Source of the DNA: Batkoa obscura
Taxonomy: Eukaryota
DNA: 64,000 nucleotides
NCBI GenBank assembly: GCA_030770535.1
Contig: JASVEC010000021.1
Coordinates: 496,001-560,000, forward strand
Reading direction: 5' to 3'
Part shown: positions 25,169 to 39,556 of the stretch, one piece after another
Layout: every line of letters begins with the position of its first letter
Numbering within the stretch: position 1 is the first letter of the stretch
Program-made: the position numbers and the translations under genes
The notes under the pieces: generated by a model
The model's input: the letters and a program-made list of their open reading frames with translations, nothing else
Told to the model about the DNA's origin: nothing
Databases searched by the model: none

Positions 25169-28100
25169 TTAAAAATAAGCTACAAGAGCAAGGTCAACAT
25201 CTTTATCGGTAATAGCCAACTCTTTTACTGCTTGTTTAGATTTGGTAGTTAATGCTGGCTGTTTGTTCCCCCTTGGTTCTAACGCTAATGAATTATTGTA
25301 ATATTTATCTTCATCCCAGATTTCGTTCGCTCTTTTAAGCCAAGCTTTAATCCGTATTTGTAACTCTTTAACTTCAATTATATTATAGGGTACTTGGAAT
25401 TTTTGTATCTCTTGGACAATTGAAACGGTTCTAGCGTATTTTGCAAAATTCACCAACTTAAATCTGTCATCTCCACCTTCTTGGAAAGCTGAATTTCCTT
25501 CATCTGTAAACGTTAAATCAGTAAGATAAATGCCTAAAAATGGTAAACAAGGTGGTAAAGTGGTTTTTAATACGTTTCTATACTCAGCATAGTTTTTGCT
25601 ATGATCAGTGGCTTTTCGCAATTGATCAAACGTTTGCTGAAATTTAGGTGGAAGTATTGCCCAAGTTCTTTTTAATCTAGCAATCATAGACGAATTTAAG
25701 GCACCAACAATAGGTATTAAAGAATTATAATTTTTTAATATTAAAAGGTTTTCTCCTACTTTGATGAAATATTTAACTATATTACATCTCTTTTTAACGT
25801 CTGGCTCTTTTAAAATACAATCACATATAAGCGAAGTAATTTCGTTGGTAGTATCAGTCATCATCCGAACATATTTAACTGAAGGAGAGTCTTTTTTGGA
25901 AAATTCAAGTCCAATAAGTTCATGTGGTAAAATACCACAAAAAGATTTACAATCCATTATTGTTAACTGCCTAGCTACTTCCATCGGATCCAAATCCGTA
26001 ATTCGAAAAGGTAAGGTTGTAAGTAAAGATTTAACTATACCTTTTCCAATATTGGGTAATGGTGGTGGAATATTTGGAAGCTTTGCTAGTGCTGAAGCTT
26101 TCTTTAATTCCATTGATTTTGAAATAGCTAATTTAGAAGATTCATTTTCTTGTTTGTACGATTCTAACAGGCTTTCACAGTTCTTTAGAAGCCTTGTAGC
26201 AACCGAAGGCATGCATTCCATAATCGGGCCACTAACAAAAGTCATTAACTTTTCCAATATTGGTCCATCATCTTTGATATAAAAATATGACTCAAGCCAA
26301 ATTTTCAAAACGTTATTGACCCTTATTTTAACAGCGGTTTGTTTATGTGTTCTCCAAATATCAAGGCGTTGTTCATTTATTCCCTCAGGTGGTTTAATTA
26401 AATATCTTTCAATTAGATGATCAAGGAATATTGGGGGTTTACAGAAAGCTCTAAAGGTTAATAAGAATGTCTCAATAAACTTTGAATCAATAGAACTATC
26501 GTGCAAAGTAAGTTTTTCGACAAGTGCTTTAATCGTAGCGTAAATCAACATTCCATCTTTGTATTTCACTTCTTCATCTGTGTAATCATAGCCTAGAAAA
26601 TCCAATTCACTTATATCGATACCGTTTACTATTTGTGATGATCTCCTTCTATCAACTTTTGGTGTAACAGTCTTTTCAGAACTATCCATGTTTAAATTTG
26701 AACCAATGTTACTGTCTGATACCGTCAAGCTTCTATTGCTTTCTTTAGATGCGACAGCTGCGGTGGCTTTAGCTGCAGCAATAGCATGGGCATTGTTCCC
26801 TCCCATGACACTGGATGCAGACCCTCTTCTAGAGCTATTTCCAGACTTATTACCAATATCTATGGATCCCTTCCTCGAGGTTGATGGTGAAGACTTTCTT
26901 GAGTTTGCTTGACTGGTATCATTATTGGATCCTCCACTCCGACCTGATAAGATTGAAGAGTTAGAACCCCTCCTTGGCCCAGATTTTTTACCATTTTGAT
27001 TCTGGTTAGCTCTGTTAAGGTAATATGGATTGGGGGGTATGGGTTCGCCAGCCATAAATTCAGCTCCATGAGGTGCAATATATGTCAATCTTAAATTTTT
27101 ATTTTTTGTTTTATTAAATATACCAGCAATAGCATAAATAGTTGTTAATTTCCTTTTAGTTAAATTGACTGTATTGACTGATGGTCTACGATCATCAGAA
27201 ATTGTCTGCTCCGTTAAATTAGCCACATCAACTGACTTTCTCATATCTGGAGAGTTACCTAGACTGTTTTTGACACGAGTATTTTGGACACTATCTTCTT
27301 GTGCTAAAACAGTATGTGCTGTAGATGCGAATTCATCATCCGATTCAGCTGCTGACGCAAGTTTTTGAATAACTGGCTTTGATTCAGATTCTTCTCCATC
27401 AATAGAAGCATCTCTTTGACCCTCTTTTACACTTTTGGATGATTCTGACTTTTGACTCCCTTTTAATGATGATGCTTCAATTTTATTGTCATTCAATTCG
27501 ATCGGCAAATTTCCACCCTCAATTTCAACGTCAATTTTCGATATATCAATTTCTTCATTTCCAGCTAATTCATTAGCATCACTTTCATTTTCATTTTCAT
27601 TTTCATTTTCATTTTCATTTTTATCCTCATTTTGAGAAGAGCTTTCGGTATCATCGATACTAGACTCGATTGTAGTTTCATTTACAGTCAAGTTGTTTGT
27701 TTCATTATCTGAATCATTCTTTGGTGGTGTACTCAATATACTTAAGGTTGGTGATCTGGATGGTGGTCCAGGCAAATAGAAATTTGGATAGTTAGTTTCA
27801 AGATCAAAATCATTTAATAATGTAACGGATATACGCTTTGGATTTATAATAAACTCATTTTGTTCCTGGTTTACTCTTATAGGAGAATCTTCTTTGCTTA
27901 AACTTATGCTCGATGCAGGGTTATCCGATTTTAAGTCCTCTGAGGCCAGCTTGCTTCCGCCTTGTCCTTCTTCTGAATAGTCTGAATCGTCTGAATCAAT
28001 GGTATTTGAAGTGACAGATGTCGAGCCATTTTTTATAAATAAATCGACGGAGCTTTCACTATAGTTTTCGCTACTTAGTTCTTGAGTTTTTAAGCTATTA

Positions 28101-31100
28101 TCTTTATCTATATTTGGACTAGTCTCTATTCCTGAATCAGAAGATACCTCTGTATTGTCTATGTTGCTTTCAGTAAAATCAAGTCCTTGATCTGTAGTAA
28201 TTTCATCTTCGCTTAAAATTTTATCAACATATTCAATTTCAGATAACTCGCTAATAGTTTGAATTGAGTTTATAGATCTTAGACTTTGCTCAACTACCTT
28301 GTGCTCAGAGCTCGTTGTTACTTCATCGTTTGTACAATGTATAGAATCGTATGTATCTTGCTCATAGATAGAATTGTTTTTAGATGAGTATTCCTCTACC
28401 AAATTCTCATTTGAAATCGGCCAATCTTCTTCGTTTTTATCCTCAACACCTGAAGATCCCACCAATTCTTGGTATCTTTTCAATAGCTCATCTTCATTCC
28501 CAGTTATATCAGGGAGTTTTTCGATGATTATATTTTCTTGATCGAGCACTATATTTGAGTTTGTTCTTGAATCAACTTCCCTACTAATTAGACCTAAATT
28601 TTCTTGAGTACCTTTACCTAAATCTAAAACTATTAAAATCTATTTAAAAGCTATAAAAGTGAAAATTACCCCTACTTCCTATTGATTCGTCATCACTAGG
28701 GGAATACCCCTCTCTGTCAGTATCAATATCAGTATCAATATCAGTATCAATATCACTAGCTTTAAGATCAGCTATATTAAATTCAGAACTGTCAGATCCA
28801 TCATTTTCTGAAAGTTTGCTCTCACTTGTTCCATTAATAATATTACTATCAAAAGTAACTAAGTTCATCTTATTGCTGTTACTGTATTGTTGACTTATGT
28901 TCTGAGGCGATTCAGCAATAACACTAGTATCAGAGATAATTTTTTCAAAGCTAATGTTATCATTTTCATTTTGCGAAGATTGATTCAGTATCAGATCAAT
29001 AGTATTGTCAGTGATTGGTTTTTCTTCTTGATTTGATAAACTCATATTTGGAAAAGTCGACGATTTTGGTGTACTAGCAGAGGATTTTTCAGATCCTAAA
29101 TTCTTTTGAGTATCTTCTACCTCAGTCGAAGCCCCAGATGAAACTGATTCAGCTATTGGGCTTAATTCTCTGTCAAGATAGTCATCAGGAATTTCTAGGT
29201 CTTCTCTAGGAGCTAAACCTTTTTTAATATCATTCATTGATTCAAATTCTCGCAGTATATGAATGTCCTTTTTGATTTTTCCATCTTTCGTATCAAGAGG
29301 ATCCGTTCTGTCTTCGATATCACCCAGATCATCATTATTCCGTGAAAATGATTTCCCAGAAAAAACTGTATTTAATTCCTTAGGTTTTTTATTATCAAAG
29401 CCTTCATATTGTAGATCTTCTGGTAGGCTTTTTTTATATTCTTGAATTCCAACAGAAGAATCTGATTTAACCCTTGGAAAGCTTATATTAACTAATCTAT
29501 CAGATGTATCTGTACCAGCTGAATCATCACTTGTTTCATTATTATTCGACATGTCCTTTTCGAGCACAACGCCTGATTCCCCATTTAGTTCATCTTCAAT
29601 AGTGGTGCTACTGGACTCAGTTTCATCTTTATTGGTTTGCTTATTTCTCAATAAATCTTTATCCTCAATATCGGTTGACTTTACAAGTCTCTCACTCTCA
29701 ACCAAATAATCAGGAAGTGGAGATATATCTTGATCGCTCTCAGGAAATTCATCAGAAATCGGGGTAATATCTTGGTCATCTTCTGAACTTAAGTTATCAT
29801 CATCCAAACTTTTACTATCTTGTTTATGTAGAGAAGAATCTGGGGCTAGAGTAGGTTTTTGGGTTTTTTTCATAAATCTCTCTAAGTTTTCAGAAACTAA
29901 TTCAGAGTTCAAATAAGCTTCATTGCTCTCTAATAAGGTGTTGTATTCATTTTGGCTATTTACCTTCGAGTTCAGCTCTGAAGGAACTAACTTGTCGCCT
30001 TCCCATAAAAATAGTGAGGTTGGTGCTGAATATTTGACTCTAGACTTCAGTGAAAGATACTCTTTTGTGGGGAGAATAATCTCTTCATAACTTTTCTCTT
30101 TGAGTAAATTTTTTTTAAAAGCCCTATAAGCCTCTCTACTTTTTCTGCTAAGCCTATAGTAGTACTCACTACTTTCTTTACAAGCGATTATAATTCCTTC
30201 ATATTCGGTTTTCCTTATTCTTCTTTTATTGTTTTTTCCTTCACTTAATGATTTTTCGGTTACCAATTGTGAATCAACTGCTTTTTTGACATTGCTCGAA
30301 TTCATTGAAGTTACCATCTCAATTGGGTTACTTTCACCAGAAGTTATGTTGCTACTCATATTGGAATTCGATGATCCAGAACCATGGTTGTTTAGGATTG
30401 ATCTTTTTTCAAGTTTAAGATCATTTTCAATTTCGTCAAAGGATCCCGATTTCATAGTTAGAGAATTATTCTTCAGCTCGGATATGATTGAAGATGAGTC
30501 AGTTGAGATTTTGCTTTGAATTTCTATGTCATCCTCCTTAACTAGCTCAACACTTGGCTCTGACTTCAATGGAACCGTATCATTATGTTTATCGGATATT
30601 TGATCTGTGTCTTGACTCGAATCCAATTCTGGAGCTTCTTCATCTACCTCACTTTCTTTATCCATCTTTCTTATTAACTCCTCAGCTTCTTCTTTTATTA
30701 CTTCAAAATCCATTCTGCTAATGTTATTTAAACTTGAGTTTTTTGACCCTTCTATTTGAAGATTATCGCCTTCATCATTTGAAGGAAATCCATCTTTTTG
30801 GTCTGAATCAACTATTAACATTTAAAATAAGTTGTTATATAAAAATAGTTGTATTAAATTACCTATAGATTTGAGCCCTGGTAATTCACTTGGATGAGAT
30901 TGTTTGGTATCTACTAAGCCCTCACTTACGTCATCAACCACTTTCTCAATCCCTTCATTTTGACCTATACTTTTTGTACTGCTATCAGAGGAAATACACA
31001 AGCCATTGTTACTTGAATCAACGTGATTACTTGTACTATCTTTAGTACTATTATCCGAATCTAGGTAATTAATTATACTAATCTTAGTATTGTTATTCAA

Positions 31101-34100
31101 ATCTGGTTGGTTAGTCATACTGGTTTCAGTATTATTATTTAAATCTGGCTGATCAATCTTATTAATTCGATTACTTTTATTACTGAACGTTCTACTTGAA
31201 TGTTGATTGTCATCGATTTCATTAAAAAACACGCCGTGATTAAAATTCAAATCATCCAAAGCTTCATTTAGCAAGCTATCATTATCTGTAGTGTTGCTAA
31301 CATTATCACTTCTATGTAATGTGTTCACTTTAAGGTCTTTTTTAAATTCAATTGTAAATGTTTTTGACGTATTATAATTGCTTTCACTTAATTGAAAATT
31401 TAAAAATGAGTTTCTTCTTTTTACAGGACTTGACGTTGATCTGTAAAACTTTAATGAACGTTGATATTGACAAGGATAATTATTAGTGTTAAATAAATTC
31501 ATCTTTTCAATGTTTTCGTTTTCAGTATCTCGACAATTAAATTGGGTAATCAAATTATACACGTTTAAAACCTTATTATTATTGGTTGGCGATACTGCTT
31601 TTTCACGGTTTAACTCTCCAGAGTTGAATGATATGTTTCTAAAAGAAGGCTGAGTTGATAGATATGTACTTTGTAGATCAAATAAAGAAATAGAAGTGTC
31701 GGTAGTTGTAGTTGTAGTTGTACTTGTTGATGTAGATCTAGAACTAATAGAAATTGAAGAGATCCTATCTAATTCTTTATGCTCAGCCTCTAACATTTCT
31801 TCAAATGTTTTGTTTTTAGTATCCCATTTTTCAAAATCAATAAGACTTTTTCTAAGAGCTTCTTTAGCCAATTCTGGGTTCCTTGCTTGTTCTTCTTGCT
31901 CTCTCCTAATTGAATTTAACGATTCCAAGTCTTTGATTAACTCTTTTAACCTTGATAGCTCTTTATTAGTTCCTAAATTCTCTAAAAGAATGTCGAATTT
32001 TTCTATTGACTGAGCAAATGTATCTAAAAAGGTATAATCGTTAAGCAAGCATTTACTGACCAATAAAAGCTCCTCATATTCCTTTATAATGGAAATATAG
32101 AGTATATTCAGGCTTTGTTTTACTTCAAGATCTTTAAACTCTCCTTTTTCGGATATTGACAAAATCTCTTCCAAATCATTAAAAATTGCATCTTTTCTAA
32201 GCGTAAACTCTCTTAGTAAATCAAACCTTAGATCCATATCATTGGATTCAACATTCTCTTTATAATTTTTAATCCCCAAACAATCCAAAATAGCAAATAA
32301 ACGGCACAAGCATCTTGTAGCTTTTTCTAGATAATCATTATAAAAATCGAAGTTGAATTCCAAATCCAAAATCATTTGAAATAGTTTCTCTAATAAATCT
32401 ACCGGCTCTGCAGAATAATCATCAACTAAATTGGCTAAAGCTTTGCGACATATATTACTATCTCTTAGCATAATTTTAGATGTTTTGCCTTCTTGCTTCA
32501 TTAAAACCACCTTTTCATTTTCTTTTTTAAAGTGAAGATCATCATCATCATCAGATACATTAATAGTTACATTTTCTCGTCTAAATAGTATAATATTATG
32601 GCCGTCACCAATGGAATGGGCTGATCTATTTGATATAATACTACATCTCCTTCCCTTAGGTTTATTTGAATCCATCGAATTCGTATTTTTATTGTTGTTG
32701 ATTTCTACACAAGTACTATTGTTTTCTGCCTTTAACATTTCAACTTCGAGCATTGAATCTTCATTTTTATCGTATGATTTAATCGATGATTTTTCGCTTT
32801 CATTGCCTTCTTTACTTTCTGATTCTTCATGTAGGATATCTTCCAGTTTTATTGTCTTTGCCGATAAAGTTGAAGCCCGAAGACTACTCCTGGTTTTACC
32901 CGAGTTGTCGACCTTGTATTGTTTAATTGTTGTAGTGGATATAACTGAATCCCTATTCATTTGATTCATACTTGACTTGGTTGATAATTGATATTCCTCT
33001 AAAGTTTCCATTTTTTCTTTAAGCTTTATCCTGGGCTCATCTTTATCTGAATTAATTTCTTCATTTGATGACTCCGTCAGGATGTTACCTTCTCTTTTAT
33101 TAGGTTTTCTATCAATTTCTTCGATAGACATCTCTGTTGAATTATCATGCTGGATTCTACTTGAAGTAATGGATATGGAGTCATTGTGTTGTGTTGAATC
33201 TCCGACAGTTTTATTATTGTCAATTTTGCTATGCATGCTATTGCCATCCATATTAATTTTATTTGAAGCTCGACTGCTTATGGTAGAATGAATAGAATTT
33301 GATTTACCTAAACCATTGGAATCTCTAGACTTTATTGAAGATGCTTTACTTGTTTGCACAATACTTTCATCTAATTTCGAATCCATTGATTGAGTTTCCT
33401 CATCTTTTGGCGCTTTCTGTGTTTTTATAGGTTTAGAATTACTTTTATTTGAATTTATTGAAACTTTGTCTTCTAACACCTCTTGTTTATCGTCTAAGTT
33501 GCTAATAGAGCCCTTTGACCTCAATGATAAATTCTCTTTACTAAAATACTCATGGTCAGCTAATTCAATGCTTTGCTTTTCGCTATTGTCTGGGTTTTCA
33601 TTGCAGTTAGTATTTACTGCGTTATTTAATACTATGTTTATAGAAGATCTATCTGGCTCATCAAAAGACATTTTAATTTTATCAATCTGATCTATCGGTA
33701 TATCAACTTTAATATCAATGGAGCTAATGTTTAATATGCCATTTGTAGAAGATTCATGTACTTCAACATTGTTAACTTGCTTTGAGTTAGTTTCGAATGA
33801 ATTTATGGAAGTTCCTTTTGACATACTTGATTTCACAGATTTCGTATTACTAACCATACTTAAGTTACTTGTCATATTGGATATATATGACTCTTCTACA
33901 AGAGAGCTCTGATCTGAGTGATCTTCTAAGTAATCAGACTCCTCCTCCGAATCTCGGTAATTTGATGGATGGGATGTTGAATAATCAGAATCCTCTACTG
34001 ATTCAATTGGAGTTGAATCATACCCAGTTGACGATATTGTCTCACTAGTTGTTTCAGTTTCATCAGAACTTGAGGTCAAAAACGAATTTATGCTCGGTTT

Positions 34101-35616
34101 GTTTGATATAGATTTTTTTTTTGACGAATCATCATCATAAAGTCCTGCTTCTACATTTACTTCACTTTCAATAGAATAATTTGATTCATCAGAGCTTCTT
34201 AGGATATTTGAAGCAGAACTATTTTCATTTACTAAGATAACTGAAGCCAAACTTTCCTTGGAATAAGTTGGAGATCTAATATATCCTTCATCACTGTCGT
34301 TTCTACTAATATTAGTTTTACTCTCTTCCTGGTCTTTGACATTTAAATCCTTATCTTCCAACCTTCCAGCTTCAATTAAGGCCAGGTTATCTCCTTTACA
34401 GGGAACTATGGCTTCAGGTATGTTCTCTACTTCATGACTTATTTCTGATAAAATGGAGACTTCTTTTGTTATAGAACTATTGTCTTTAATATCCCTGGAA
34501 CTTATGCTAACTCTTTCTTCTGAAACTATATTTGGCTTTATTTAAAATACTAGTATAAAAAACAAATAAACTACCTATTTGATTATCAATAGATGAAGAC
34601 TCTTCATCAGTAGTTCCGAATTCCATTATATTCACTTTGCTTACCCCAAGGATTTCAGCATCTATATTATTATCTGAAATGATTTCATCTTCAATCGTTA
34701 ACGAAGATGTATTATATGCGTCCATTTCATTAAGCACTTTTTGTATTTCTTCTTCATTCATTGCGATTGATGTCGAAGATAATGAGCCGCTTATTGACAC
34801 ATTGTTCTGTGCTAAGTTACTTGGTTCTAATTTATCTAATATCCAATTTTAATCAAAGCTTCATGATTATACACAAAATAAATGAAAGTATTTTTTGATC
34901 TACTATTTTAATAATGGTTTTTTTCAACTTTACATTGCATAAAAAAAGAAAAAAAGAGTAGCAAAAAAGACTATCCCAAATGAATCATATAATTAAAAAT
35001 TACCTTTAGAGCTAGTAACCGAGGAACACTTTCTAGGTAAACTGTATTTCTCTATTATCATGGATTCTGTTGAACTAGATCTGGTCATACTTTGCTGTAC
35101 ATTTGATGCTGAAGACATTGAATCAGCATATCTTTGTGAATTTATTTCAAACGACTCCCTACAAGTGGAGCCAGGATTTGTATTTGTGTCTGTGTCTAAT
35201 CTGAACTGGACATGTAAACTCTTCCTGGTCCTCACCATTTTTTTAAAAGAGTCTCGTACCTCTTTTGCTAATAAAATAGCAGACTCTTCAAAATGTTCAT
35301 TATCCCAATTTGTTAATAATACTCTATATATAATTAGCAATTTCATTAAGTTTCGGATGAAATCTCTCTGTTGTACACGTAAATCCATATTTGATAAAAG
35401 AATGTTGCTTTGAGTATCAATGTCACTTTTTTTAAATATATCTTCAATGCATTCAACCAGACTTTGTATCTCATGAACTACAGAGCTGGTATCATGTTTT
35501 TTCAACTTCTTTTCTACCAACTTCATCTTACTAATTGAATCATTTGAAGCTATAATCCACTCATTAGCTATTGTATTTTTACTAATAAGCTCGTTCTTAG
35601 GCCTTTGTTTTGCCAT
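25169..35616 (-). CDS. Giant Cdc25-family Ras guanine nucleotide exchange factor (~3,375 aa); exons 35616-35004, 34835-34575, 34519-30863, 30811-28670, 28623-25169
   Basis: C-terminal REM (ATIKALVEKLT..FIETFLLTFRAF) and RasGEF (EVARQLTIMD..RLKRTW..PPCLPFLGIYLTDLTFTDEGN) domains are clear; four phase-1 GT-AG introns join the five ORFs in frame (10,128 nt); the joins are predicted and two acceptors have nearby in-frame alternatives. Confidence 0.8.
27582..27621. repeat. (TTTTCA)n microsatellite encoding an ENENEN run in the RasGEF
   Basis: About six tandem hexamers visible directly. Confidence 0.9.
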
Positions 35617-37083
35617 TATGAAATCTAATTTAAAAATAAAGTGAGTGTTGGTTATTAGATGCTAATTAATGAGATTAATGTATAAAATGAATAATTAAAT
35701 GAGATTGATAAATAATTAATAAAATAAAATTATTATAACAAATGAGTTTTTTTTAATAAATAACATAATATCATATTAAACATTTAAGTTGAAATTAATT
35801 TAGTCAAGATCTGTAACGGTGTCAGATCATTCTAAGTTTTGTAAACTTTGCTATAATTTTCCTTAATTTTATTGGACAAAATTCGTTATTTCATAAAATC
35901 TAGTTCTGGTGACTGAAGTGCAGTTGTTAAAGTTCACATATGCAATTTCTCGCAAAATTTCTTCGATTGCTATTTGTTTAGTTATGTATTTTAAAACTTA
36001 ATTCTTAAGCTTTGACAGAAATTATATCCATAAATTTATTCCTAAATCAACAGTTAAATATTTCATATTCGAAGTTTAACAGTTGGTAATTTACACTCGA
36101 GAAAGTAAAGACATAAAATTTGTTAGTTTAAATATATGATATAAACTACTTTGGGGTAAAAAGTTTATACCCCCAAAGCTAATAATTTGCTAATACATTT
36201 AAATCTTAGTACATTTTTGATATATATAGATGCTAATATATCATAAGATAAGATATAACTATCTCCTGAGCTATATTCATTATATTACGATAACAGTAAA
36301 TCAAAACTTATGTACAAATCGAAGTTATTTATCCATAACTGTTAAAAATAAAAGTTAACGAGACATGAAATTAGTAATGACCATATATTATAATGATAAT
36401 GATCGTAAATTTTACTTTGATCTCTAAACCCGCTTTATAAGCTTAAAGACAGGTTAGTTGAAATGTTTATATTAAAACCTAGTTTCATTCCAATTATTAA
36501 ATTATTATTTTGAGAGTTACAGGAGTAAATTAAACTGGTATGGTCAGTCATTTTTAATCTTACAATTAAAGTTTAATTTTAGAAATAATGAAGTCCCTTT
36601 TTTATTAATTTTTAAAAATGTTTTGAACAAAAAACCTCTCTCTACTTATAAAAATGACAGCTGATTTTAATATCAATCAAAATTTAAATGTAAATTATAT
36701 TATATTAATGATATTACTTATATAAAGTCATCATTTATTAAGGTATTTATTATTAACATATACATTTTGAATATTGGATCATGTATTGATTGATATAAAA
36801 CCATAAGTCTGTTATTAATAAAATTACCAATAGTACTGCTATTATTATAATTAATATTAGTATAATAATAAAGTAAGGGGTTATTTAAATTCTAGTAACT
36901 TAATTCATAAGTTCTCTTAAAAACAAAGAAATATTAAAAAACCTGAATAATATATAACTTAGAATAATTTCTTTGTTTAAAACAGATTAGGTTCAAATGA
37001 TTAATATTATTAAAAAAATGATCTTATTACTAAAATGTAAATAAATATAAAGACATGAAAGGTATGAGAAATAATCAAACAAA

Positions 37084-37793
37084 ATGAAAAAGGTGGCCGA
37101 CTTTATTTTAACGCTTTACAAGTATTTTTAATTTGATTATAAACAATAGCGAAGTTTATTTATACTTTACTTAGATTACTCAATGAAAATTTATACAGTG
37201 AACTATTATCATGGGCAAATGATGGTCATAGTTTTTATATACACGACAGTAAAAAATTTGAAAATATCCTAAAAATGTATTTTAAAAGTTCAACATTGGG
37301 CTCTTTCTTCCGTCAATTAAATGTAAGTTTTAGCATTATTATTTTGCAATTTATTTATTTTTAGTTGTATCATTTCTATAGATTAAGCGATAGTAGGAAA
37401 AAGGAATATAAGAATATACATATAATTCAATTTAAAAACGAGCATTTTATAAAAGATCATCCTGAGTTGCTAACTAATATTCGTCGCCAGAAAGTTAAAT
37501 GTTATAAGCCTAAAAAGAAAACAGGTCAAAATAATGATGATAGTACTAAGCTGGATAACTTGGAAAATCCTTTATTGTCATTTGATGCAAACAATGATAA
37601 TAATCAATATATTGACAATAGCAGCTGCGTTAATAGGCTTCAATACCCCTGTTATTATCCCTGTTATTATCCCTATAATTATAATTATAATTATAATTAT
37701 AACAATTACTACTACTACTATAATAGCTACACTTGCTATAAACTGGGTTTTGATTATAAATCTCTTCCTTCATTTCCAAACTTTTTATTGTAA
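37084..37793 (+). CDS. Miniature HSF-type DNA-binding protein 1 (204 aa); exons 37084-37121, 37175-37322, 37365-37793
   Basis: MKKVADFILTLYKLL..LLSWANDGHSFYI..YFKSSTLGSFFRQLNLYHFYR..QFKNEHFIKDHPELLTNIRRQK is an HSF DBD; Tyr/Asn-rich tail; TATAAAA at ~37046. Confidence 0.88.
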
Positions 37794-37889
37794 TATTATT
37801 AAAAAATATAGATTCAGTTTGAGTTTAAAGTGTTATATTTAAAGTTTAATTTTAATTATTTATTTCTCCTCAGAGTTTTTATCTCATTT

Positions 37890-38050
37890 TTATACCTGTT
37901 GTGGCTCTATTATTACTTATTTAGCGGTAGTTTTTAGAATAATTATTTTTTTATGGCTTTAAAAAAAGCCTGATTCATATATACTAATTTAATTTTGGCT
38001 GAACTTTATTCTTAAACCAATAGTAAGTTAAGTCAAAATAGAGTTGCAAT
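37890..38050 (+). repeat. Dispersed repeat B (uninterrupted copy); the copy at 50740-51001 carries a MITE-A
   Basis: TAGTTTTT..ATTATTT..AAGCCTGATT..ATTTTGGCT..ACTTT..AGAGTTGCA shared by both loci. Confidence 0.65.
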
Positions 38051-38600
38051 AAGTGCACAAAATATATAAGAAAAGGTTAAGGTTTTTTTAAAGATTTTTA
38101 AAGATTTTTAAAGCTCAGTAGTTTTAACTATATCTAAAATCCGATTGAGTAAAAATAGGTTATAAATAATCAATAAACAAAAAAGTACTATTATAAAATA
38201 AGCGGGGGCAGTTTAAAAGAATCCACCATTGGAGAAAAAAAGTGCCAATATTTCACGGGTGTAAAAAATGGGGAAATGAATAACTGTAAAAATAAGTTTA
38301 TTAGTATTTTTAACCATCTAATTAGCAAATCATTAGGCTTATTTTTCAAGTTGGTTATTAACTTCTTATTATTTAGTTTAAATAGCATGCTTTTTTTATT
38401 CATATTTTTATGCAAATGATTATAAAAAAATATATAAATAGGAAGATTATTTATTATCTGTTAACATTTTAACATCAACAAAATAGACAATAATATAAAT
38501 AATATAAATAATAAATAATAACATAAATAGACCTATAGAAATAAATTGAACCATTAAAATAATTTACGGCAATTGAGTTGTTGTAGATAAATAAGTAATT

Positions 38601-39167
38601 ATGAATAATGAAAAGAAATATAAGAAAGATGGCATATTAAAAAAGTTTAATATAGCTAATTTATTTAACAAGCTTAAGCCAGCGAAGAAAGAGTCAAAAT
38701 TCGAAAAGCTACCTTCGATACCACCAAGTCCACAACCAAATAAAGAAAAGAACAAAAGGATCTCACTACCAATCATACCTAGTATTATTAAGAGTTTAGA
38801 CTTTACAAATAGCAGTAGAAGATCTTTTCAAAGTAAAAGGAACAGTTTAAAGCATAATCGACCACAATCCTCTTTAAACTTAATTAGTGCTAGCCAACAA
38901 CAGCAGACTAAACGTAAATCTTTTTTTAAATGTCGAAATATACAAGTTGAAGGTAATAGTGATCGTGACCTTAAAATCCGAAGCCTGTCATTGGAAAATG
39001 AAAGAAATGATGGAGAAATCATTGCACGTAAACAGCTTAGAAGCATACGCTCTTTTGATGAGATGATTTTTAATGGGTTCGATCCCATCTTTCCTAACCA
39101 ACCTAGACCTCTAACTGTTTCATTTTCTATTACACCTAAACTCCAATCTGAATCTTTATTAACTTAA
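38601..39167 (+). CDS. Hypothetical small basic protein (188 aa)
   Basis: Intact ATG-to-stop ORF with coding-like GC in very AT-rich surroundings; no recognisable domain. Confidence 0.7.
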   Translation: MNNEKKYKKDGILKKFNIANLFNKLKPAKKESKFEKLPSIPPSPQPNKEKNKRISLPIIPSIIKSLDFTNSSRRSFQSKRNSLKHNRPQSSLNLISASQQQQTKRKSFFKCRNIQVEGNSDRDLKIRSLSLENERNDGEIIARKQLRSIRSFDEMIFNGFDPIFPNQPRPLTVSFSITPKLQSESLLT

Positions 39168-39556
39168 TATAATGTTTTTTTGTTTATATAGTTGCTATAA
39201 TTTCGATTTTTTATTAAAAATGGTTTATTAAATTTATGGATATTTCAAATATAGCAACCTTATATGACAGAATATTAGGCTCAGTAATAATGATACTTTA
39301 TATCAGCTCTTAATTAAAATAGCAACCTTGGGTAACTTTTATATTTTAAATTATTAGATATAACTAAACGTTTTAAAATAAACTACATTGATAAATTTAA
39401 TGATATAAATTATTGTTTCAACACATAAAATTGTTATACTCTACACTTTAATTAGGTTATTCAATTTTTAAAAATAACTTAATGAAATTAATGAAATCAA
39501 GTTTTATTTGGCTATTAAACTTAAAATATAGTAAAAAAGAAATTAGTATAGATCAA

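Noticed and set aside
25761..35413. Many plus-strand ORFs of 60-173 aa
   Set aside because: Antisense shadows of the RasGEF exons; the same applies to short ORFs overlapping the peptidases, RPS1, transporters, HSFs and Nox
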